Source of the DNA: Glycera tridactyla
Taxonomy: Eukaryota
Reading direction: 5' to 3'
Assembly: GCA_965644265.1 (NCBI GenBank)
Contig: OZ286476.1
Coordinates: forward strand, 20,150,001 to 20,214,000
DNA: 64,000 nt
Positions within the stretch are counted from its first letter, which is position 1. Every line of letters starts with the position of its first letter. Position numbers and translations under genes: made by a program. This document shows positions 24,701-38,800 of this stretch, piece after piece. The notes beneath the pieces were generated by a model. It had not been told where the DNA came from. It saw only the letters and a list, made by a program, of their open reading frames with translations, and made no database searches.

Positions 24701-27700
24701 AGATGGGAGAAAAGGTAAATAGATATGTGTTCATACTCTGGGTTACTCCGCAAAATGCTTCCGTTCCTATAACAGGACATTTAACATGTGGGCAATTCTA
24801 CCACTCTACTTCTGCTATACTCAATTTCTATGACAACTGGTTTGCCATGCAATCATCTGGTGTTTTTCTCAGTAAATCTCTCATGTGCAGGTTCTGTGCC
24901 CACAGATCGCCACACCGCTTCTATGAAAAATTGTGTCATCCACAGTGAAAGGCATTCACCCATACATGAATAGGAAAATGGGCTGTGTAGCCAGGAGACA
25001 CTCATCTCCTGCTTAGTGGTTGCATTATTGTTCCTGTTTTCTATACATTTTCCACCAGGAACTCATGTCTATGACCGTATAAAATGCAGTCCCTCTTAAA
25101 TTCACTCATCCCCTCATACACTGTTTTTGGGGAAGATCGTTGGTAATTTACTCATTGATTGCCCTGGAATTCAAAGGGAGATCATCATGCTTGTATATGG
25201 TGGAATAGAGCTGTTCTTAGGGCATAGAGGTCATCATTTCTCCCTGCATGAACATATTGCGTAACATGTGGTGAATAGCTGTGGGAGACTAAACATCAGA
25301 TGATTGCAGATTGCAGTATAACCAGTTTCAGAAATATTTCAATGCTGGAAAAGCTGAACTTTTGCGAAGCCCAGGCTATAACCATGTCTAACCTATCCCA
25401 TGCAAGTACGAATCATATGGGATGATGGCACTTTCTTCAATCCCCAGGGACTGTGATACAAGACTGATATAATATTATGAGAATTCTTGAAGTCTTCATT
25501 TCTAGGATTATTGTTCATCGGTACATGTTGAAGGTCAAGGTTCAACATTGGTGCCTGCCTCAGGAGAATTTTGTAGTATATGGCTCATATAAAGTCTGGT
25601 TCTCTCCATGTCCACTCCATGACATGTGCTGCAAAGACACATTCAAAAGCAAATCAAGCACATATAATCAACCTGTCAATAAAGTATAGATTACGATTAT
25701 ACAGTACTGACTATTGGAGAGAGTGGAGTTCACCATGTTCATTACATTGTTTTTTGATATTATAATGGCCCAAAATATTGGATGAAAATGGGAATCAACC
25801 TCTGCTTTTCTGATTGGTTACACAGCTATATTACACTTCCAACTGCCTGAAATGGCTAGTGAAACAGAGAGAGTAGAGTCATTTAGGTAGGGATATTGAT
25901 ATCTGGTTCTCACAGATACTCCATATTACTTAAGTGAGTGAGTATATATTTTCAGTATATGCAAATTCGATGAAATCTGAAACTCATTCAGTGTTTCAAA
26001 AATGGCTCTATATGTTGCTGTGATCACATCATGTATCACAATAAGATCTATGAGAATGTCTTTTTTTTTGTTTAGAAATTGAATTATGTTATCTAAAATT
26101 CAAAATTTATTGGCTCCTACATCAAGTTAAAATTTGTATATAGTGTTTGGCTACTGTAGTGTTATTATGAGAAATATTTTTTATGTACCTTTGTGCATCA
26201 TCTGTCAGCTGAAAAAATACTTTTTTTGTAATCTTCTCATCGAAAACAGGTGAAAAAATCAGATGTAATTGATATTGGATCACATCCCTGAATTATTGGT
26301 CGTCAATATTTTCACCACTTTCCATCATTATTATCTGGTCTTTTGCTTCTGCCTCAGCTTTGTATCTCATGGATTCTAACAGTTGACAGATGGTTTGGGG
26401 AGGTTGTAAGCAAGTTGGGAATAACTGTTGGTAAATTTGGGTGTATCCATAGGATTTCTGTATTGAACAAGAGGCAAAATTGTATACTAAGAACAAGTTC
26501 ATGCAGAGTACAAGAAAAATATTCTCACAAGACCAAAATATATTGTCACTCAGTATGTTTACTTGCTTGAAAAAAGCCAGACTGGTAATAATTTGTATAT
26601 ATGTGTGCCATACAATTTAAAATGATGACTTTTATCACTGGCTGATAGCTATATTTAATTTTTACAGTAAAGCCTGTCCTAGTAGATCGGCCCATATGTC
26701 AAATACAAGTTGTCTCTCAAGATGGGTGGTCTCTTATTGGAGGTATATCTGACTATTTGAGTACTGCATCAAATATTTTTATCACAAATAATTGTGCATC
26801 ACAATTTTAGGAGAGTTGTAATTACCAGTGTAATTTCATCAAGAATGAAGTCACATGCTCAGCAGTAAATAGAGTTATTAGACGAGAATGGGAAGAATCA
26901 ATGTGTAATATACTTGTATATACACCATTTAGTATTAGCATAACCAGCCAAGCCTGTAGCAGTTTTTTTTTCGACTGAAAGGTCAATGGATCTTTTCACT
27001 CCTGTATGTATTGCACTCGCCTACAAATCAACATGTATATAGCACTTGCAGAGTTAGGGTAGAGACTCACAATTGCCACGGATTTCTGAAGAAACGGAGC
27101 ATCCTGCATCTATTATAGTTTTTTTATTGTTATAAGGACCACCTTCTTTTTGGAAATTCTGGATGTCTCAATGAACACTGTTCTTCCATCGAGGAATATT
27201 TCACAATCTAGGTATCCTAAAAATCTAAAAAAGTCGGGGGCAATTCTCTGCTTTGTTCTGATAATAACTACATGTACTTCAATTGGATGGATATTCTCAT
27301 GGTGTGCAATAAATGATGAATATCTGTTCAAAGTTTTACTTCGATACAGTCCATTATTGAATGTAAATAGAGTAATATGAATCAAAAAATTATTGTACAG
27401 CTTATGTTTGTAGTTGCTGTTTAGGCCAGGTGTACACCTTTTTTCCAGGTATGCTGGTTATCTGGGAGTTTTAATTATTGTGACAACTTTTAATCTTCTC
27501 CGAAATTAAAGGGACACTTTCTCAAATATCCTTTTTATAATCTTGTATCCAATACTGATTATTCAAGCATGTGTGTAATAACAGGAAATGTCAATTAAAT
27601 GTCAATTAAATTCAAATATAAACTTAATCTTGATTTGTACTAGTGGTAATTTCCTTACCACAGAGGCTCATATCTATTATCCAGGTATTGTGCAAGCTTT

Positions 27701-30700
27701 GGTGATAATATACTATTTCTGATGGTGGGTTTTGTTGTTATCCGAAATATGTTTCTGTCACCTCATGATCCCATCTCATGAAGAAACATTCATCACCTGA
27801 TTGGATGACATAGTCCTGCAATTTTTTGTTAATGAGGATGTCCCTTGATGATGTAAAGAAAATGTGAGGATTGGTTTTGCTTTAATGGATCTTTCTGAAT
27901 TCCACAAAATTTTGTATGGGATTATATTTTTGCTATAATAAAATTTTGATTGTATTTGGGTGTTTTTTCTCTGTCTTTTTAGAAAGTGTTTTGCCATTGT
28001 GTTATTGGTCACTAACTATGAGTTTGTGGGTTTATTATTATTATTATTATTCAGGGAATTATAATCTGGTGGTCGAATGGTTAAATATATGGATGATGAA
28101 TTACCACTGTATATATATATGTGTGCTTGTATGTGTGTGTGTGCGTTCGTGCGTGCTTGTGTGTGTACTGTGCCAATATTTCATTGGATAGCTCTGGGCA
28201 CCAGCATTCCTATCACTCACATCATTCAGGTCACTCAATTTTTCAGCTCCAAATTTTGGGATGTTGACTGCAGTGATGAACTGTGAGAGTTTTTTATGAT
28301 CATTCCGGGGTCCATTTCTTCAAGGTCTTAGTAAACTCCAAACTTGAGTGAGGGTTAGAATGAGGGTTCTTCATCACTATGAGTTTCCATAGCAACTCGC
28401 GATATCTGTTCAACATAGAGATTTGGTGAATTTTACATGAGTTGTCAAGATATTGTTAGGTGAACATGAGCTTTTTATTTAGTCAGAAAATTGAGTTCAT
28501 GTTGTGAGATACGATCTGTACTCACGATATATTTCACTCTGAAACTTGATATGCATGACGCTTCATCCAGCTTTAAAATCATACGCATTTTGTTATCTAT
28601 CATCTCGTCACAACAATTTGTGCCCTCTCTTAATACACATTTTGGATCTATATCTGGTTTTCAAAAACATAGAAATTTCAGACATTGATGTTCTTGTACA
28701 TTTTGATACCAGTGGCATTGATGGACCAATGTCATATTTTACATGGACTAACTTGGTATCAAGTGTTAAGATGGGGTCACTCTCGTGGAAAAAATACATT
28801 GTTTTGAAGGAATTCATTACTTCAAGCTGAACATACAAATTAATATTATGGCTAGGATATCTACGGCTTATATGTATGATTAAATAGATGCCATGGCAAT
28901 GGCATCCACCTATGATATATATGATTAAGTAGCTATTATGACTAGGACATCTATTTATCATATGTATAATTAAGTAGATATTGTAGCCAGGACATCTACC
29001 TTTGATATGTATGATTACGTATACATTATGACAAGGACTACTTATGATCTCCATAATTAAGTACCTCAGATATTGTAGATAGGGCTTCCATCTATAATAT
29101 GTATTAATGAGTAGATATTATGGATAGGACATTGATTAAGAGTACTGGGGCTGGGATATTTGCATATAGTATACTTGTATCATTGAGTAGTTATTGGAGC
29201 TAGGACATCTACCCATAATATGCATGACTAGGCAGATACCATGTCTTGGACATCTTGTCATGTATGTGATTCAATTTCTGTAATCACATGGATGGCATTA
29301 CAGTGTGACCTGCTTGAAATACCACCTGCATACAGAAGCCACCTGTCTACAAAGACCATCCTGAGTGATCACTAAGAAAGTATTCCACATTGTGGAAAAC
29401 TTCTTAGCAAAGGCCATCTGTCTACAAAGCCTGCTTTCCTGTGCAAACCAAGGTTGTTCTGTGTAGACAGGTTCAACTAAGTTTTCAAGATATTCTACAA
29501 ACCTCGATGGTCATAATCCATCAATTAAGAGTAGGTGTGAACCCTTCTCTCCATTTTCTTCTCATGAAAGACTGTGGTTTTATTTCCAGGGCACATGAAA
29601 TTGGCTCATGACACACATGAAAGTCTCAAATGGGCCTAATGAGAACATAACATTTTTCTCTAGGAATATATCTGCTTTCAAGGCTCTCGGTGAGGTAACT
29701 CAAATAGATGTGAGCAAACTTTTTTTTTCTGAGAAACCATGAATAGTAATGTTATGATAGTCATGACTGAACACCTTGTAATTCGGCAGTCAACATACCA
29801 GTATGAGGCTGACTTGTATGTTTGCCAAGTTAGTTGACACTGTACTGAATGGCTGATGACTTCTGCTATACATTATATCAAATAACATGATGCACACAGA
29901 CACTACTATATATCCACTCAATAGATCCCTAAAAGGGACCATTTTAGTGAAGTGAGTATTCCTTCATGAATTAAACCATGAAGCAGTTTTCAGGAATTTT
30001 CCTGAATTCAGGAAATTTGTCATGCATTTTAGTGAAGTGAGTATTCCTTCATGAATTAAACCATGAAGCAGTTTTCAGGAATTTTCCTGAATTCAGGAAA
30101 TTTGTCATGGAATTTGAAATCCAAAAGTTTCTAAGATTGAGCTGAAAGCTTCTCATCTGGTGCATTTGGAAGTATAGGGTGGTATTTTCAGGAAATTTGG
30201 TCAGGTATCAGGAAATTCGATTTTATTGGACTGGCATCACTGATTAAAGCATAGGTCCCATTCCACTACACCATATTCAATACCAAATTCGCATAATTGT
30301 TTGTTTCGACTTGCCATGGGTTCTAATGGATGCAGCTGATTTTCATTTTAGAAATTATTATTCATTTTGGTTTTGTCAATTAGTTCTCAGATATCAAATT
30401 TCCTGTGATGAAATGTGCAGTAGAGATTGTATAGGAAGATAGATCTACAAAAACGAGGATCTTGGTATGATAATGGGGCACTCTTGGCATCACCAGCGGG
30501 AAGATTCATGATTTATTTTGTTGATATTTGAGGCATGTGGAGGCGAACTTCCCTATCAAACAGATGACAGCGCTCAAGATTCAATATCACAGCATATAAG
30601 AAAAAAATACGCAATTGAGAGGGTCCCAATTGATCACATAAACATGGTACAGAGTGCTGTGGGAAAATCCTTTAGTCATGGATCAAAACCCCCTATCATC

Positions 30701-33700
30701 ACCAGTTGCAGCTATGCTATTCAGAGATGCCCCCTTCATCATTCAAAATGAATGCTTCCTTTCATTAGTTTGAATTTTATTATTTCCAGATCTTTATATG
30801 CTCTTTTCAGTCTGGGAAATAATGATCCCCTCTGACTTTTTTAGTCAGGGAAATGGAGAAATATTTTGAAAGGGTTCACTAGGGAAGAGGGGTGGGAGAG
30901 TATCGAGTAGAGTATAATATTACGTCTGGGGGTACGAGTTTATTCTGGCGGTGAACGTTGGACGAGTGATAGGTCTGGATACCTAGTGGACCTCGACATT
31001 TATCACAGTTATCAGTCCGTGAAATGCACAAACATGCCTCTATTCAACCATTTATATCCCGCATTTATTTTGTAGTGTAGCCTTAGTATACCATCTACAG
31101 TAGCACCCCATACTGTTCACTCCTATACTCCACTTACCATATACAGTCTGACCTCTCTATAAAGACTGCGTTTGGTTGCATAAAAAAGTGGTCTTTTCAG
31201 GCAGGTGGTCTTCAGTTAGGTCATTTACTGTTGAAAATACTACCAAGGTCGCAGCTCGGGTGGCTTTTATAGAGAGGTAGTCTTTATAGAGAGGTGGTCT
31301 TTAGAGAAGTTTCGACTGTATATGCTGACATCTCTTGAAAAACTTGCAATGGTTGACCTTTTGATGATATTTGAAGCACAGCGAAGGTACCATCATGTTC
31401 AATTAAGATTTGAGTTCTTGTAGTGATGGAAAAATGATTTTCTTAGAAAGATATCCGACTTTACATCTGTATTCATTGGTTGGATTTGAGGACATTGAGA
31501 AGTTAATCTGACTTGATATCACCATTCACTGGTTGGATCAGGCCAAATCTGCAGTCTATCTCCACTTTTTATTGGCTACATATGCCTTGAGCCCATGTGT
31601 TTACAGCAGTCAAACATGCAGTAAAGAAGTTGCTTGAGTATAGTTGAACATGTTCTACGCAGTCCCCCTTAGGCATGGGAAATGGTAGCTGCTTAGGAGT
31701 TTCAAAACAAGGCTGGCAAATTGTCATCCTTAAAAAAACTCTGGTGTGAACTTGCTAAGTTGCTGCTTGGACCAGGTTAAACTTTATTCCCCCAAAGTGG
31801 CCCTTCAAAAGTGATGGTCCTTCAGGAGTATCTTTGCCCATGTCAGATAGAAAGTATTCCTGCCACATCCGGGTGGAGGAGAGTAGGGGGTTGGTCCCTG
31901 CTTTGTAGTGACTGTCTATGACTGGATTCTAAATTTGGTTGAATTGCCACATTTTACAAAATTTACGATAGATATCGATTGGATGATTCATCTCGGATGT
32001 GATTGTTGTTTTGACATAGTTACCATGGAGAGAGGATGCCACAGTTGTCATGGTAGCATGTTAGCTGCTGATGGATGAATGCTGGACTCATCTTCTAAAT
32101 TATCTCTTAGGAAAAGATTACTTTTTAACCCAATATTTGCTGCATCAATAATATATCAACTTGGAGAACCTGCTACCCCCTCCAATTTTTTTATGCAGTT
32201 TATTTGGTGATATTAGCCCTTCTCTGGGATACTATTTATGTCATTGGTGATATGACGTATAGATTGATTGATAGAACTTCAATGTTCAATCCAGAGGCCT
32301 TTTCTCACGAAGATGTGTATACCTAAAAAGGCATGGGAATGTTCAATTGACTGAAATTATTCTTCAGATAATGCAGTCTTTGCTACCTGTGCCAGTTGTT
32401 AGTACCCAGTCAAACTTGTGCTGAGAGAACTGTACTAATTGCGACTTATGTGGTCTTATGAAAAGCATTCTTTAGATGCATCCATGGATCCAGCAGGGTC
32501 CAGCTGAAGTAGGAGTATCAGGGATGTGACTGTTGTGCGATCCGCGGATTTCCATTTTTTTTGGTATAAATTCACAAACCAAACATATGGCAGACAAGAG
32601 CACCTCCTGGCGAATATTTTGGATTTCAGATCATAAAAATCAGACCAGAATTAGTGGAGATGGAGCACAAACTATATATGCATTGTTGGTAGCCATTAGT
32701 TAGTAGTTGTGGGGGTTTCTTGGTCCACAAAATCTTAGCGAAAGGTGTTCAGGGTTTTGGGCTGTGCACTAATCACATCCTTTGAGTATTCAAGGAAAGA
32801 GGTGAAGTGCTAATGACAGTAAATCTGATATGGGTGAGTAGGGACAATCAGGAAACGGGTGTGGGATTTAATACTTCGAAGGTGACAAAAATCACTCAAA
32901 GCTTTCATCACTTTATACATTGAATTGGTTGTGGATATATCATAATAATACAGGATTTCCACACCTCAAAGCCCTCTACAACATTTTTTAGCCCGATTAA
33001 GGTTTCTCCTCTCTCTCGATTATACACCTGAAATTATTCATGTAGGTTCTGTCTTTCAAATTCTCTGAGTAGAACTCCTGGGGCCATTTTACTCGAGGGA
33101 GAATACCCTTAAATGGTATAATTTCTGTTGTTGCTCAACTTACTCTCACTTTTTTGAGCTGAGTGACTGTTTGAGTACAATGATATTTTAGCGCACCTTT
33201 ATCTGATAAATTTCGACAAGATCAGACTATCGTGATGCCAGCTCATACAATTTTTTCAAATAATATGGGCGTATTGAGTGAGGATTAAAACTGTTAACTC
33301 TACATGATTTTAATAGCTTGTGAAGTCCAACATCAAGAGGATTATTTTATAAATTTTCCATAGGAGGATTTGGAGTTGAATTTGTGCATCATCAGGATTG
33401 GTCTATGTAGAAATGTCCAATTTTTTATGTTGAATAATTTGATATTGCTCTCATTGTGTGTATGACATCCACCAGACTACAGTGAGACCTGTCACAAGAG
33501 ACCACCTCCGATAGGTGTCCGCTTTCATATAGCTACACTGACCACCATTTCCACCTGATAGCTGTTATATATTCATTCCATCTGCCATGAGAACTCAATT
33601 GTGGGAGAATTATTTTTTCATGATGGGGATTTTATGCTGATTATTGACATAGAATCATCATTGATCCATACAGCTTTTAAGGGAAATAGCTCAACAAGAG

Positions 33701-35760
33701 TCTATATCGGTAGAAATAACTATCATTATATGCTCAACATGACAATTTTTTATGCTTTTTCCTTGTAAAGTATTTTACAGAATACCTCAATATACCACAG
33801 ATATTAGCTATTATACAGTTTAACCTGTCCTAGGCAGCCACTGTACTAAGCAGCCACCTGCCCTAAGCGGCCACTTTTGAATTTCCCATCGGGGGTTTTT
33901 CCACTATAATTATTCTGCTTTAAGCAGCCACTTTTTGCCTTCCGGAAGGTAGGCTGCTTAGGACAGGTTTGACTGTACACCCAGGAAATATTGTGAGTAA
34001 TACCACATAATATAAGATGAACTTTGGAGTTTGGAGTATTTCATGGTCATTATCCCAGAGTTTATCAAACTTGAATGTGGGTAATTCATCTGTGGCATAA
34101 AAGCAAGAATACATGGTTGTTGAATGAAATGGTTGTGTCCTATTTGATGTTGCTGTACCGCCATGAGTTTCACTTGGCGATTGGCCTCATGAGATCTCAC
34201 TGCAATTCCATCTCATGGGATATCACCATTTTATTCAATCACCATGTCATATAGTCCTTTGGCTGCTTAGGAGTCATGAATGCCATTTCGTGGAAATGTT
34301 TTTCATGATATTCTAATATGCAGAATTTGCTATCCTGAACTTTCTTGCTACCCAAGTATCAAAGGGAGTGAATTTCAGGCTGTTTATTGCATTTTCGCAA
34401 GCTATAAAGGTGCTGAGATCCTACATTAGATAAAGTTCCATCGCCTTTATGGACTAATTGCTGCATGATGTTTTTTCCCAAGCTTGTACATTAGTTTTTC
34501 TGTGCATGTTGAGCATACCTACTAACCACATAATATGTTCTGTTCCACTTTCACAGCGACTACCGATTCTCGACCATCATCGGAGGAAAGTCATTCTGAT
34601 TCCGAGAACATGGGATATGACACACTGGATAGGGGGAGCTCACTCCCCTCCTCATCTCTCACTCAGCACATGCTTTGGATGGGTGACCCGGATGAGTTAG
34701 CCAGACAGAGAGCAGAACTCCCAGATAATCAAATGGAATCTTGCATTCTACCATCAAATGTTGGAGAAAGCTTTAAAGAGCCCTCATCAGGACTAATGGA
34801 AACTCGAGAATTAAAACACAGAAATAGTGCCGATGATTATAATTTGAATGACCGCAGAAGAGCCGATTTTGCTTTGGAATCTGATCTATTTCCTGGAAAT
34901 ATCCCTTTGAAGGATGATAAATCCTCCATAGATCATCTGAATAAAACAGATTCGGAAGGCCCCAAAGGTGGAGATTTCCTGGATTCTAATAAAGCCTTTG
35001 ATGAAGTTGATGGTAGTAAATATGAACAAGGGCCATCTGAAATTGACTCTGTCTTGACAGAAACATTTGCCTCCTCAGATACCTCAATGACCTTGCCTCC
35101 TTCAACAGCAGGTGACTCAGGCATCATGGACATGACCTTGACAATGACAGAAACATTTGATCCTGATGATTCATTTTCTGAGAATTCTGTATTGAGTAAT
35201 TTTGCCCCACATACAAATTTTAAGACAGAAGACGAATGTAGAATTGATTCTCCAACAAGTGATAATGAGATTTGTGAAGAAGTACATGAATATTCATCAT
35301 CTAATGATGAGTATGATCAGCAGAGGGCGCTTCATTCCAGTACTAGTGATGATGATACACGTGAAATCTATTCCGATCCCACACCTTATTCCTATATCGA
35401 GAGCTCAGAATACACTGACAATGATAATGATATATACACTGAATCAGGTCAGTCTGACCAACAGGAGGGTGATATAACTTCCCCCAAACCTGTCTCATTT
35501 GTCAGTTGTGTTGAGGAGCACCAAACCCTTTCCCACCCACTGCCTATGAAGATTGATGATATGGGTGAATTAGCTGAAGTATTACCCCAATCTGAACCCC
35601 TGCACTGTGTTAGCCAAGATGATCGTGATTCAGACGCACAAGAATTATCAGGTCAAGAGGGGAGTTTCTCTTCTCCACGGATGGGATCCACCCCGGAATT
35701 TCTGTTAGATGAAGGTAGAGATGACACATATTTATCGACATCTGAAGAAGAGGATGCAGG

Positions 35761-35843
<83 letters not shown>

Positions 35844-38800
35844 GTAGCTATAGTGATGAGGATATAAGCGAAGTTTTAGATGATGTCGATGACATCGAGA
35901 AATTAGAGGAAAGCATCCAGATACCCTTGAGAGCAACATTACCTCTCCCGCCATCCCATTTACCGTCAGTTTCCTCAACGGATGAGGAGGTCGAACAAAT
36001 CATGCTTGGTGGCAGGAAAAAATATGCACAGATTTACCCTAAAGGCACCCCAAACATCCACCAAACAATTCCACCTTCATCGACTGAAGAAGAGTATACC
36101 AATGAAGAGAGTGAAGAATTGATCTCAGAGGAGGAGGAGAGGGAGGAGGTGGTGGAGGAGGAGGAGGAGGAGGAGGAGGAGGAGGAGGAAGAGGAGGAGG
36201 AAGAAGAGAAAGAAGGGGTACATGAGATCCCTTCAAGTAGTCACGATGAAGAATCTAAAGAATACTTCTTAGGCTCCCCATCACCGCCAGCTATACCTGA
36301 AGAAGAGGGCCTTGTTTTTGATGAAAACTGGTATGGTGCTAGGTTCCAGGAGGGTTCGGAGAAGTTGAGGAAGATATCAGAGATGACAGAATGTTCAGGC
36401 ATCTCTGATGAAGACTCCATTTGGGAGCCGTTTGACTGGAGTGAACCGGATCCCCCCGAGGGCCGGATGAGGAGGCGATCCAGCCTGCCTGATCCACCAA
36501 ATTCTCCCGAGTTTTGTCCTTTCCCAAAAGTCATTAATAGAGCTTGGAGCATGCCAGGGTTGAACTCATACCCAAGTTTATCCGAGGGTTTAGACAGGGT
36601 AGGACTAGAGGATGGAGAAGTAGGGACCCCGATAATTTGGTCTGATGAGTCTAGTGTTGACCAAGACGATCATTCAATGTCATCCAAGGATTCTGATTCC
36701 GAAGATGGGATCGATGATGACCAGCAGTATGATGAGAATGCTGAAGAAGATAAGCATCCTAATGAGCATCTTGGCATTGATGACCATAGCAACCAAGATT
36801 TGATAGATGGAGCCACTCCCAATATTCAACCTGAAATACAGATGGGTGCATTTAGGGAGAAATCAAATTTCATAGACTCTCCAGAAACTCATGATATCGA
36901 TTGTCAAAAGGAGGATGACAGTGAAAAGATCAGTTTTCCAGGAGTTGGGGAATCATTAACTTATGAAATGTTTGAAATGGTGTATACTGCACCTTTTTCT
37001 CCGGGAGAGGAGCATGAACACACCTGCCATATGTCAGTGAATGATGCTGATGTTGACCCATCTTCCAAAATTGAAATTATTGAGGAAGGTGACATGAGTA
37101 GGAGAGTGCCTTCTCTCAAACATAATTCATGTGAGGAAAGTCATGCTGGACATCTAGGATCTGACCATTTATCACCTGGTGGTGATGCTGATTGTGATGG
37201 TGTACATTTCAAAGATGATTCTGAACCATATTTACTCAACTACAGCAGGATGAATAGAGAAGAGCATAGTGAGATGGAGGTCGAGATCATTGAAATGAGC
37301 TCGACCTTCCTCCACCCAGATGATGTTGATTGTAGGGATGCTAGGTCGCCAAGCAACATCAGCCAGGATGCAATTCATGAGGGCGATGATAGTAGTGATT
37401 TGAAACTTGATGATGAGGCAAGTGCTGATTATGAGTTTTCAGCAGCAGTAGAATCAACTTCTTCACTATTTGGTAATGACACTCTTCTGCAACCTGATTC
37501 AGCAGTTGGGGTCAAATGCCAACTTCAGGATACACATCCAGAGCTTGAAGATGCTGTGTCCCGTTGTCAGTCTGCCCCCGCCCCAAGTGTAACAGAATAT
37601 AATGATAGTACTAACATATCCAACCCTCTGGTGACAGTACCTGTTGATCATCTCACATCTCTTGATGAGATTGGAACAAAATTGACAGATGACTTGACAG
37701 CAACTGCATCTAGATGTCCAAAGCCCTATCCAGACCGGCAGCATACTGTTGAAGAAGTAAAAGAACATTTTGACTATTCACGGGAGGTGTTTCTCACCAA
37801 GACAATATCAACAATTAAAGTTGATCCCGACATCGGACGCACCACAGATACATTTGTAAACAGAGGCACATCTGGTTACTTCCGTCAAGATGGCCGCCAT
37901 AAGACAGATGGCAAGGAATCGAATCTTGATGATGTTTACGATCAAAATACAGAAAGTAAGCAGTCAGAGAGTGGAGCAGAACATAAGAATAATAGCTCTG
38001 CAGTTGTGAGTAGAGTTCACAAGACTGGGCGCCAAACACACACTCAAAGCCAGGAGGATCTGAGCACAACAATCAAAATCAAACGTCGTCCAGTGGCAGA
38101 CAATATCAAAAGCGATATATTCTTCACTGAAATTCTGCAAAATCGATCAGTTCCTGAAGGTTGTGACTTCAATCTAACAGTTGAGACAAATGTAGCCGAT
38201 GTTCTTGTTCGATGGGAGCTGGATAAGTTGGAACTTGATGGAACAAATACAGAAAAGTATACATTTATTTCTGAAGGTGTTATGCATGCTTTGTTTGTGC
38301 ATGATGTGACCTTGGATGATGAAGGTCAATACACTGCATGCATTGTGGGAAACGATGAGCGCACAACAGCCAATGTCGTCATTGATGGTAAAGTATAATT
38401 ATTGCTAATTTTATTTTATCATTTCATCATCATCATCATTTTTCATGTTCACCCTGCATATTGTCTATGCATCAAAGTCAAACAAGATTTTGTTGAATAT
38501 ATGTACACTCTGCACCTTATTGTACAAGATGAATAAAACAAAATTTAAATTTGCCAAATAGCATTATAATCTAGTAAGAATATTCATTAATGATTAATCA
38601 TGCACAAAATGATTGCAATTCACTTATGCAAGGGATGAAGAAAGGACACAGACTGCAATACTTGATCGGGCACAATCAGTGATTCATTGTCCTCCAAACT
38701 GTCGGCTGCAGACTTGACACATTCATCCCGCAGCAAAAATCGAAGCCAAGTTTGATTGTCAGCCAATACTTACCAACCTTGAGATTCAGCTGATGACCCT

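Noticed and set aside
34933-38072. Antisense ORFs with poly-His and poly-Pro (35610-35978, 36039-36236)
   Set aside because: Reverse-frame readings of the (GAT)n and (GAG)n tracts.
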